Shown: one piece after another, positions 53,408-64,000 of the stretch | Numbering within the stretch: position 1 is the first letter of the stretch | Layout: each line of letters starts with the position of its first letter | NCBI RefSeq assembly: GCF_009834535.1 | Contig: NC_045697.1 | Location: 54,314,001-54,378,000, forward strand | Source of the DNA: Camelus ferus | Taxonomy: Eukaryota | Length of the DNA: 64,000 nucleotides | Reading direction: 5' to 3' | Program-made: the position numbers and the translations under genes | The notes under the pieces: model-generated | Database searches by the model: none | The model's input: only the letters and a program-made list of their open reading frames with translations | What the model was told of the DNA's origin: nothing

Positions 53408-55045
53408 TTCTTTTTGCAGCTTTATTGAGATATAATTGACATGTAACATTGTGTAAGTTGAAGGTGTACAATGAGTTGATTTGATACACTTACATACTGA
53501 AAAATTGTTACCACCATACACTTATATATTACAAAATGATTACCACAAGATACTTATATATTATTTCAGATGTTTCATTGTTATTGTATAGAAACACAGC
53601 TGACTTTGTATCTGGCAACTTTAGTGACTCAATTAGTTTTAAGAATTTTTTTTGGTGGAATCTATATGATTTATCTATATATGAGTCCATTCAGATGCAA
53701 ATAATGACAATTTCCTTCTTCCTTTTTGATTTGGATGCCTTTTATTTCTTTCTCTCCTCTGACTGCTCTGGCTAGGACTTCCAGTACTATGTTGAATAAG
53801 AGTTTTGAGAGTGGGCATCCTTATCTTGATCCTGACCTTAGAGAAAAAGTTTTCAACCTTTCACCCTTGATCATGGTACTGGCTATAAGTTTGTCATATA
53901 TGGCCTTTATTATGTTAAGGTTTGTTCCTTTCAGACCCAATGGGTTTTTATAACATGAAAGGATGTTGTATTTTGTCAGATGCTTTTTCTACATCTCTTG
54001 AAATGATCACATGATCTTTATTTTTCTGTGCTATCAGGTGCAAAGTCTCCTCTTTCATTTCTGACTTCAGTTCAGTCTTCTCCCTTTTTTTCTGTTAGTC
54101 AAGCCAGCACTGTGTTAATCTTGTCTATCTTTTCAAAAAAAAAACTTGATTTTTTGTATTGTTTTTCTGGTCTCTATTTCATTTATTTCTCCTCTGATTT
54201 TGTTATTTCTTTCTTTCTGGTGACTTTGGGCTTAGTTTGTTCTTCTTTACCTAGCTCCTTTAGGTGTAAGTTTAGGCTTTTCATTTGAGATCTCGCTTTT
54301 GTCTTAATGTAGGTGTTTGTCACTATAAAATAACCTCCTAGAACTGTTTTGGGGTCATCCCATAGATTTTAGTATGTTGTGTTTCCATTTTAATTTGTTT
54401 CAAGATATTTTTAAATTTTTTTTTTCAATTTCTTCTTGGACCATTGGTTCTTCAGGAGTACGTTATTTAAATTCCATATATTTGTGAATTTCCCAGCTTT
54501 ACTCCTGTTACTGATTTCTACTTTCATACCATTATGGTAAGAGAAGATAGTTGGTATGATTTCAACCTTCTTAAATTTTCTAAGATTTGTTTTGTGACAT
54601 GTCATATGATTTATCCTGGAATATGTTCTATGAGAAAATGTGTATTCTACTGCTGTTGGATGGAATGTTCTATATTTGTTTGTTAGGTCCATTTAGTCTA
54701 AAGTGTGGTTCAAACCCAACATTTCTTTGTTGATTTTCTCTCTGGATGATCCATCCATTATTGAAAATGGGCTACTGAAGTTTCCTACTATTATTGTATT
54801 GTATCTCTTTCTTTCTTTAGATCTTATAGTGTTTGCTTAATATATTTAGGTGCTCTGGTGTTAGATGCATCTATACTTCTGATTGCTATGTCTTCTTGAT
54901 GAATTGATCCCTTTATATTATGTAATATTATATATATATATATTATATTATATCATATAATGTATATATGTAATATTATATAATGACCTTCTTTGCTTCT
55001 TATTACTATTTTTAGCTTAAAGTCTATTTCGTCTAAGTGAAGCTA
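53408..55045 (-). mobile_element. Antisense LINE-1 (L1MA-like) with internal deletions
   Basis: 3' end 'tttattgagatataattgac', RT-region remnant, and minus-strand ORF 54411..54692 MDLTNKYRTFHPTAVEYTF..YSRINH (endonuclease domain). Confidence 0.85.
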
Positions 55046-55958
55046 CTTCAGCCTGAGTGTTATTATTTTTGTCATCTTTGCCAATGTAATCCAAACAAAA
55101 TGCTATCTCATTTTACTTTGCTTTTTTTTTTATTATATGTGAATGTATAGGAAGGATTTTTCTAAATAACTAACTGTAACTACTCACATGAAGAATTTCA
55201 TCAGAATATTACAAAATGATTTTACCCCCCCCTTCCCTTTCGTCTCCCTTCTTTCTCTTTCTCACCTCTTTCTTCCCCTTTCAGTCTCTCTTGCTCTCTC
55301 CCTGACCAACCCTTTCTTTCTCTTTTTCTCTCTCTCTCTCAACGTGCCTTCCCAGTCTATGGACTGCAGGGGTGCAATGGGACCTGAGGAAAGCTACAAG
55401 AAAAAATTTAATTCTACTATATTTGACATATTAAAATAATACTGTCCAGCCTTGCCCTCAACTTTTTCCTTCACTTCACTTTTCTAAAGTTGTACATTTG
55501 ATTTCTTTGTTCTGTTTACTTAAATTGCAATACTTACAAGTCATGCCTCATTTTTCTTTCTCTTTTATTCATTTTAATTTCCTAGGTACTTCATAAATGA
55601 AAAAAAAACACTGATTTTCCTAAATGTCATCTGCAATGACCAAAAAGACTAAAATAATTACCTATGCTTTAATATAATTTCATCTCAAAATAACATATCT
55701 GTCTTCAGATTGCCCAAACTTGAAAGTTGGCACATTGAAATTTTGCATTAAAATTTATGAATACATTCTTGGGCAAGGTTATAATTTAATAAACATATCA
55801 AAGTTATTTCAACAATCACTTAAGAATTAAGACTATTTAAATGTTGAGTTACCTGAAATTTCATCAGAGTATTCTATTTCACATAATTTTGTTAAGAATG
55901 AAAACAGTTACATGATGACCAAAGTGAGAGCTATTTTTTCTTTTTTTTTCCTTCTCAG

Positions 55959-56077
55959 GAAAGACACCTTTCTACTACCACATCAACTTTAAAGTCAATA
56001 ACATTGACTATGACAGCAAGTTTGAAAAACCATATTCACAAGAATATATGGACCTAAATAAAAAGATAGTGTCTTTG
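55959..56077 (+). CDS. TMPRSS11C: TMPRSS11C coding exon 3 (SEA domain start)
   Basis: Long T tract and ctcag| acceptor, |gtaagt donor; 119 nt, phase 1/0, the same size and phases as TMPRSS11D exon 3; (G)KTPFYYHINFKVNNIDYDSKFEKPYSQEYMDLNKKIVSL. Confidence 0.9.
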
Positions 56078-57479
56078 GTAAGTTGGAATTCTTTTCTTAG
56101 CATTTTTTTTTTTAAATGCTGTTTCTTCAAACGACATAATCCTAGCAATCACCTTCCAAGTTGATGACTGATGATTTCATACAATTTCTTACCACTACCT
56201 CAGTTCTAAATTAGGGTGGTCAGCCCTGTCAGAAAGTCAGTTAGAAAACATACAGGGAGAAAAAAAGTTTAAGAGGGACACATTTTGAGAACACTTAAAA
56301 AATGCCTGATGTGATAGATAGTCAAAGAATATTTCTAATGTATTAATAAGTTAAATGAATGAAACTTATTCTACCTCCAAGATACCTGACCAAGGCCAAC
56401 TTGTTTCTGCTCTTAACTTAAGCAGCCCTTCAAGTAGGAGAAATGGTCAGTGTAGAAGAGCCTAAAATACAGCCTAATATAAAGAGCATCTTGTTGATCC
56501 TCAGTGTATGTGAAAATTGTTAAATGTCTACTTAAGAATATGCTTTGTTATAAGTCAACCTTTACTGAACTAAAGACCTAATGAAGAATCTTGACTGCTG
56601 CTTGGAAATAAGCTTCCTTTATCAAAGATACCACTCTAACTAACTCATATAATTCTGTCAACCAAACCAAATTCTGCCAAGAGCCGTGGTGGCATCATTC
56701 ATCTTCCATTTCCCTGAGAAGATTCCTGACAGGACATTTTCAGACCTAGCTCTCTCTGACTAAATCTTACAGTTTTTCCATAGCATTCTACTACCTTTGA
56801 GTTTCTAATAAATCTGAAGACCTTAAAAGTCTTGGTGTGCTTTTGCCATTATAATAAGAGTTAGTATATAGAAAATGAAGAAAGAAAATCCCCAAAGAAA
56901 ATGGCAAGGAAGCAGTATAACCCAATGATTAACAAATAGGCTTTGGACTCAGAGTCCTTGTTCAAGTCTAAGTTTAGCCATTTACTAGCCGCATAGATAA
57001 GCTCCTTGGACAAGTCATTTTATCTTCCCACACCTCATTTTCCTCAACTAAAAATGAGATGATAAATACCTATATCATGGGAATGCTCTTGACATTTACG
57101 TAAGGTTAAATATGCCATAGTCTTAGCAGAAGTCCTATTATTCTATAATTCCTTAAAAAAATCTAAAACAATTATCTGAGTATGATTAATAGGCTTAATA
57201 CATTTTAAGTATATAACAAAATTAAATACAATTTTTAAATAACTCCAAATATGCCTACACTAAGAAATTCACCGTTTCTGCTATAAATTCAAATCAACAT
57301 GTTCAAATCAACTAACCTATGTTTACTTCACAAATAAATATTCTAAAACTACCAGTCTGATCAATTATCATACCATCTTGGTTGATCAACCACCAATCCT
57401 GACATCTTGCTTCAGGTTCCCTTAGCAGCCTTCATTCCCAGTCCCTAACTCAACCTGTATTAAAACAGCCACCAACTAT

Positions 57480-60400
57480 GGATCAATGAGGAAATCAAAG
57501 CTGAAATTAAAAAATACCTTGAGACAAATGATAATGAAAGCACAACCACTCAAAACCTATGGGACACAGCAAAGGCAGTGCTAAGAGGGAAGTTTATAGC
57601 GATACAGGCCTTCCTCAAAAAAGAAGAACAATCTCAAATAAACAATTTAACCCACCACCTGAATGAATTAGAAAAAGAAGAACAAAAAGCCCCAAAAAAC
57701 AGCAGAAGGAAGGAAATAATAAAGATCAGAGAGGAATTAAATACAATAGAGATTAACAAGACCATAGAAAAAATCAACCAAACCAAAAGCTGGTTTTTTG
57801 AAAAAGTAAATAAAATCGACAAACCTCTGGCCAAACTCACAAAGAAGAAAAAAGAGGGAGCACAAATTAGCAAAATAAGAAAGGAAAATGGAGAAATTAC
57901 AACAAACAAAATAGAAATACAGAATATCATACGAGAATATTATGAAAAACTATATGGAACCAAACTGGATAACCTAGAGGAGATGGACAAGTTTCTGGAA
58001 ACATACTGTCCACCAAAACTGAATCAAGAAGAATCTGAACACTTGAACAATCCAATCACTAGAAAGGAAATAGAAATAGCAATTAAAAACCTCCCTACAA
58101 ATAAAAGTCCAGGACCGGACGGCTTCACCGGGGAATTCTACCAAACATACAAAGAAGAACTCATACCAGTCCTTCTCAAACTCTTCCAGACGATTGAAAA
58201 GGAGGGAATACTCCCAAACTCATTCTATGAAGCCACCATCACCCTGATACCAAAACCAGGCAAAGACACTACAAAAAAAGAGAATTATAGGCCAATATCA
58301 CTGATGAACATAGACGCCAAAATCCTCACCAAAATTTTAGCAAATAGAATCCAACAACACATAAAAAAGATTATACATCATGACCAAGTGGGGTTCATCC
58401 CAGGGACACAAGGCTGGTTCAACATACGCAAATCAATCAGTGTAATACATCACATCAACAAGAGAAAGGACAAAAACCACACGATCATCTCAATCGATGC
58501 AGAAAAAGCATTTGATAAAATTCAACACCCATTTATGATAAAAACTCTCGCCAAAGTGGGTATAGAGGGAACATATCTCAACATAATAAAAGCTATATAT
58601 GACAAACCTACAGCCAGCATAGTACTCAACGGTGAAAAACTCAAAAGCTTCCCACTAAAATCTGGGACAAGACAAGGATGCCCACTATCACCACTCCTAT
58701 TCAACATAGTCCTGGAAGTCCTAGCCACAGCAGTCAGGCAAGAGAAAGAAATAAAAGGGATCCAAATTGGAAAAGAAGAGGTAAAAGTGTCATTATATGC
58801 TGATGACATGTTACTATATATAGAAAACCCTAAAAGGTCCACACAAAAGCTACTAGAGCTGATTGAAGAATTCAGCAAGGTAGCACGTTACAAAATTAAC
58901 GTTCAAAAATCAGTTGCATTTCTTTACACTAACGATAAATCAACAGAAGAAGAAAGTAAAGAAACAATCCCCTTTAAAATAGCACCCAAAGTAATAAAAT
59001 ATCTGGGAATAAATCTAACCAAGGAGGTGAAAGAATTATACACAGAAAACTATAAACCATTGATGAAGGAAATTAAAGAAGACTTTAAAAAATGGAAAGA
59101 TATTCCATGCTCTTGGATTGGAAGAATCAATATTGTTAAAATGGTCACACTGCCCAAGGCAATCTACAGATTTAATGCAATCCCTATCCAATTACCCAGG
59201 ACATATTTCACAGAACTAGAACAAATCATAATAAAATTCATATGGAACCATCAAAGACCTAGAATTGCCAAAGCATTACTGAAGAGAAAGAAAGAGGCTG
59301 GAGGAATAATTCTCCCAGACTTCAGACAATACTATAGAGCTACAGTCATCAAGACAGCATGGTATTGGTACCAAAACAGACATATAGACCAATGGAACAG
59401 AATAGAGAGCCCAGAAATGAACCCACAAACTTTTGGTCAACTCTTCTTCGACAAAGGAGGCAAGAATATACATTGGAATAAAGACAGTCTCTTCAGCAAA
59501 TGGTGTTGGGAAAACTGGACAGCAGCATGTAAAACAATGAAGCTAGAACACTCCCTTACACCATATACAAAAATCAACTCAAAATGGATTAAAGACTTAA
59601 ACATAAGACAAGATACAATAAACCTCCTAGAGGAAAACATAGGCAAAACATTATCTGAGATACATTTAAAAAATTTTCTCCTAGAAGAAATAAAAGCAAG
59701 AATAAACAAATGGGACCTAATGAAACTTACAAGCTTCTGCACAGCAAAGGAAACCAGAAATAAAACAAGAAGAAAACCTACGGAATGGGAGAAAATTTTT
59801 GCAAGTGAAACCGACAAAGGCTTGATCTCCAGAATATATAAGCAGCTCATACAACTCAGTAAGAAAAAAATAAACAACCCAATCCAAAAATGGGCAGAAG
59901 ACCTAAACAAGCAATTCTCCAAGGAAGACATACAAATGATCAAAAAGCACATGAAAAAATGCTCCATATCACTAATTATCAGAGAAATGCAAATCAAAAC
60001 TACAATGAGGTATCACCTCACACCAGTCAGAATGGCCGTCATTCAAAAATCCACAAATGACAAATGCTGGAGAGGCTGTGGAGAAAGGGGAACCCTCCTA
60101 CACTGCTGGTGGGAATGCAGTTTGGTGCAGCCACTATGGAAAACTGTGGAGATTCCTCAAAAGACTAGGAATAGACTTACCATATGACCCAGGAATCCCA
60201 CTCCTGGGCTTGTATCCAGAAGGAAATCTGCTTCAGGATGACACCTGCACCCCAACGTTCATAGCAGCACTATTTACAATAGCCAAAACATGGAAACAGC
60301 CTAAATGTCCATCAACAGGTGACTGGATAAAGAAGAGGTGGTATATTTATACAATGGAATACTACTCAGCCATAAAAACCGACAACATAATGCCATTTGC

Positions 60401-60813
60401 AGCAACATGGATGCTCCTGGAGAATGCCATTCTAAGTAAGCCAGAAAGAAAAAGAAAAATACCATATGAGATCGCTCATATGTGGAATCTAAAAAACAAA
60501 AACAAAAACAAACAAACAAACAAAAACAAAGCGTAAATAAAGGACAGAAATAGACTCACAGACAGAGAATACAGACTTGTGGTTACCAGGGGTGTGGAGG
60601 GTGGGAAGGGATAGACTGGGATTTCAAAATTGTAGAATAGACTACACTGTATAGCACAGGGAAATATACACAAAATGTTATGATAACTCACAGAGAAAAA
60701 AATGTGACAATGAGTGTGTATATGTCCATGAATAACTGAAAAATTGTGCTGAACGCTGGAATTTGACACAACATTGTAAAATGATTATAAATCAATAAAA
60801 AATGTTAAAAAAA
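57480..60813 (+). mobile_element. Young 5'-truncated LINE-1 (ORF2 without the endonuclease domain, 3'UTR, short polyA) with target-site duplication
   Basis: 869-aa open ORF2 stretch with [20 protein letters not shown] (58796-58807), YLG and CWRGC..HCWWEC motifs. Frameshifts near 60145 and 60435. AATAAA at 60794. TSD AAAACAGCCACCAACTAT (57462-57479) vs AAACCAGCCACCAACTAT (60814-60831). TT|AAAA target site. Confidence 0.97.
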
Positions 60814-63479
60814 AAACCAGCCACCAACTATTTCTCCTACTTTTTCATTGACATGCGTCAGAGCACCTGCTTTTATATGCCTTTCTATTTTCATTTAATA
60901 CAATACTCCTTGTATTATAACTATTACCAAATACACAACATTCATAAGTAAATAATAGCATGTACCAAATGGAGTTGTGAATCATTCATCAAACTTATCT
61001 ATTAGTCATTATTATAATGCCTACAGCCTATGTTTCTTCTTCTGAAGATTTCCATTAAATAATTCTTGTGATGATTCACTCTAAAAGGAGAAAAGAAATT
61101 GAATAAAGAGAGATGTTGGGTTTTTTTTTTTTTTTTTGGTACCTCTCCATCAGATACGATGCTCAATTACAGTGAACAGAAATTCTAAAATTTAGGAGTG
61201 AGGCAGTACCTTAACAATAAAAATTAGCTTTACTGATTGTCAGTACTGGTCTAAGCACTTTATAGATTAACTTATTTGGTTCTCCCAACATTCCCATTTT
61301 CCATGTGAAGAAACTGAGGCACAAAGAGGTTAATTTACCCAGTCATACTGGATTCATCTTCTTTATAATGTATATCCCTAAAATTAATAAGCATGTAAAT
61401 ATTATAAAATCTCAAGCACATTTCAGATTACATCAGTTTTCACAAGACCAGGCAAATATTTCAAAATGTTTAACTAAATTCTGTGTGATTTTCACATACA
61501 AATGTGGTAGATTATGGATGACCAAAATGATACCTGATATGTGTAAGGTATCTAAAATTACCCAGATAAAATACGTCAGCCAAGTTCATACATCAAACTA
61601 CTTACCAGAGTATCCAAGAGGAGGGGGCATCTTTGGTCATTATATAACCAGGACATTCATCAAGTAACAGATTTTCTGCTGAGCTAGCCTAAACCTGGTA
61701 TGAGCATATGCACATTTATGTATATGCCTCTCCTTGCAGCTTACCAAATGACATTATATATGGAGTTCATTAGAATTAGAATTATGTAATTTTTAAAAGG
61801 TTAATAACGTGAAGGATAATATGCATGGTTTCTATTTCATCTAATATGGGTTAGCAATGTTTTAGTTTCAGTAAAAATTATGTTAGTGTTCATTCAGTTT
61901 CATGCCCTTCAAAATTTATCAGAAATCTAAAATTCCAGCAGTGGTCCTAAATTCAAGATTACTGTACCTTCTAACCCAGACTATTTTAAAAACAAAATAT
62001 TTCTCTGACATAGTAAATGAAAATCATTGTGCATAAGTTTCTAACCATGAAGGAACTGAAAAGATCCAAGGTTTAATTTAAGAAATGAAACCAACGTTAC
62101 AGAGATACTATTTATATATTAATTGATATGAAGAAAGCTTACAAAAATTACTGATGCACTAGTTTTCTTTTCTATAATTTGAAAATAAGGATAGAAGAAA
62201 TAAATACTGGATGCTCAGGACAGGATGTCCGCAGACATGGTTGCGGGGTGGTTACTATAAAGTAGCAGAAGGGACCATAGACCCAACTTTCACTCCACAT
62301 CTGGGACTATCAAACTAGCAGACATGTGCTATATCTTTTGTGTCCACTTTTAGGATATTTGTCACGTGGGAGTAGTATTCTTCTGCCTCTATAACAACAT
62401 ATCATATTATAATCCTTTGTTACACACTTTAAAGTATAATTTAACAACATAACAACACCACCAAAAAAAAGTTATCTTATATATTTTTAAGTTTACTTGA
62501 AAGAGAGAATTTGAAATACCTGGATTCTTATATAAAAATTAATTATAAAAGAATATGTTAAAGAATACTATATAGTTAACTACACTAAATAATTGGTTTA
62601 GGGACTCCAGTTACTTTCTGGAATTTTTTCTTTCCCTCATGTGATATAATTATTTTTATTGATCTTCAGAACATCCACTTTAGTCTGAGATTTTTCGAAA
62701 GACAACCCCTTATGTATAACCATGTCTTTGGGCTTTGGTCAGGTTCCTCTTTATTAAAACATGTATTGATTGGTATGTTAAGCCTCCTATATTTGATAAG
62801 TATTGTAATGACCAATTTCTCACCCAAAGAAGTGGTTTTAATACCATAACGTAAATGATCATGATTTTTCAGTTAATAGACTCATCCTTGTGTTCATCAT
62901 TCTGAAGATCTTCCCATCAGTATAGTCTAGAACCTCCTTGCCCTCACTTGCCTAAATGGTGACTTGGAAAACATTTGCGTATTTTTCTTCAGGGAAAAAG
63001 GAGGGAACAGAATGGAATAAGGTGAAGGAGCTGGGAAAAGTAAAAAATTAAGTCCATGTGGTATGAAAGATTCAGAGTTTGTGATATGTGTGTCTTTTGA
63101 CTTCCATTTGAATTTCTAATCTTGTTCTTCCTTACTTCTGGGGAAATGATTAGTTCCGAAACCCCTGCTCAAGGCCCTGCCCAATAATCCTAAGTCATTT
63201 TCTGAAACTTGGCATTTGGTTTCAGGTCAAATATCTGACAACCCTTTTCCTCCAAGGTTTGCCAAGAAACTGACCTTATTAAAAATAGGAATTGCATGAG
63301 TATTACTGGAAAAATTCCTATAAGTCCTCCTTACAGCTTCCGGGAACACCCTAAGCCTGCAGTTACTATTCACGCTAAGGATGGCAAGCTTTGGTATTAT
63401 TTAAGGTGTGTGTTGATCTTTTGATCTATTGTGAGGCTTGGGAAGATGAATACAATAAAAAAAAAAAAGTGATGGAGGA

Positions 63480-63553
63480 GGGTGGGTATAGCTCAATGGT
63501 AGAGCACATGCTTAGCATGCATGAGGTCCTGGGTTCAATACCCAGTACCTCCA
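63480..63553 (+). mobile_element. tRNA-Ala(AGC)-derived SINE head (camelid Vic-1-like) or tRNA pseudogene
   Basis: GGGTGGGTATAGCTCAATGGTAGAGCACATGCTTAGCATGCATGAGGTCCTGGGTTCAATACCCAGTACCTCCA: Pol III A and B boxes, AGC anticodon loop, CpG-decayed relative to tRNA-Ala. Confidence 0.8.
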
Positions 63554-64000
63554 TCTGAAAAAGGAGGTGGGGAATGGAGAAATTAAGGGCACTAAAACAA
63601 AATATGAATAACTTATCTTAAAAAAGAGAGAGAGAGAGAACCTTAACTAAAAGCATTACAAGTTTAGCTATACATATTTTGATTTGGAAACAATGCCATA
63701 TCAAAAACTGGTTCTACAGCATCCATCTTATTAAACAAATACCTCATTAAACAAATAATATATTCTAGGGCTAGGTGTCTGAGTTCATACTGAAGCCTAT
63801 TTTTAAAAGCAAGAGTATCATTCAGCAGGCATCATTTTTGGTCTTCAGTCTAGTCTCTTACCCTGGTTTCAGTTTATGGTATTCCCACTCTCCCAACTCA
63901 CTAGTCACTATACGTTAAAGCCAATTTTGACTCTTCCTTCTCCATTATCTAACCATTCACCAAATGACTTCCAAAACAAGATTGCTAATTAAAACAAGCG

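Noticed and set aside
56355..56400. ATGAATGAAACT (MNET), resembling the expected start of TMPRSS11C exon 4
   Set aside because: No AG acceptor directly upstream, downstream codons do not resemble SEA sequence, and it sits in an L2/MIR-like tgaatgaa tail. Exon 4 was not found in the window.
57634..60769. Several minus-strand ORFs (65-186 aa) with hydrophobic sequence
   Set aside because: Antisense shadows of the A-rich L1; a well-known artefact.
63482..63553. Functional tRNA-Ala(AGC) gene
   Set aside because: Acceptor-stem mismatch, CpG-decay pattern and no adjacent oligo-T terminator; more consistent with a SINE or retrocopy.

Overview
Mammalian genomic DNA, AT-rich and rich in transposable elements. 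It is probably from a camelid, inferred from a tRNA-Ala-derived Vic-1-like SINE at about 63480. The window is part of the TMPRSS11 (HAT/DESC) type II transmembrane serine protease cluster, with two tandem genes on the + strand. (1) TMPRSS11D (airway trypsin-like protease, HAT): I spliced coding exons 2-10 by hand (1223-28908). All junctions are GT-AG and phase-compatible, giving 1249 coding nt. With an 8-nt human-like exon 1 upstream of the window this gives an intact 418-aa protein with signal anchor, SEA domain, R|IIGG activation site and H/D/S triad. (2) TMPRSS11C (neurobin-like; a pseudogene in human): exons 1-3 at 39517-39572, 48251-48369 and 55959-56077 are open and in phase. The correct frames of exons 1 and 3 are not shown by the ORF track, and the rest of the gene lies beyond the window. 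The remainder is L1, L2, MIR, hAT and LTR repeats plus microsatellites. Two repeats look young: a 5'-truncated L1 with a TSD and an 869-aa ORF2 stretch (57480-60813), and a CpG-rich solo LTR (34456-34979). I see no evidence of a wholly new biological system. The best leads are the apparently intact TMPRSS11C with an overlapping upstream ORF, the YY1/Sp1-bearing solo LTR followed by a splice donor, a frameshifted relic of the rodent secreted AsP isoform start, and an extra unpaired cysteine in the HAT SEA domain. Ortholog comparisons are from memory of the human and mouse proteins, and repeat family names were assigned by eye. Both need database confirmation.
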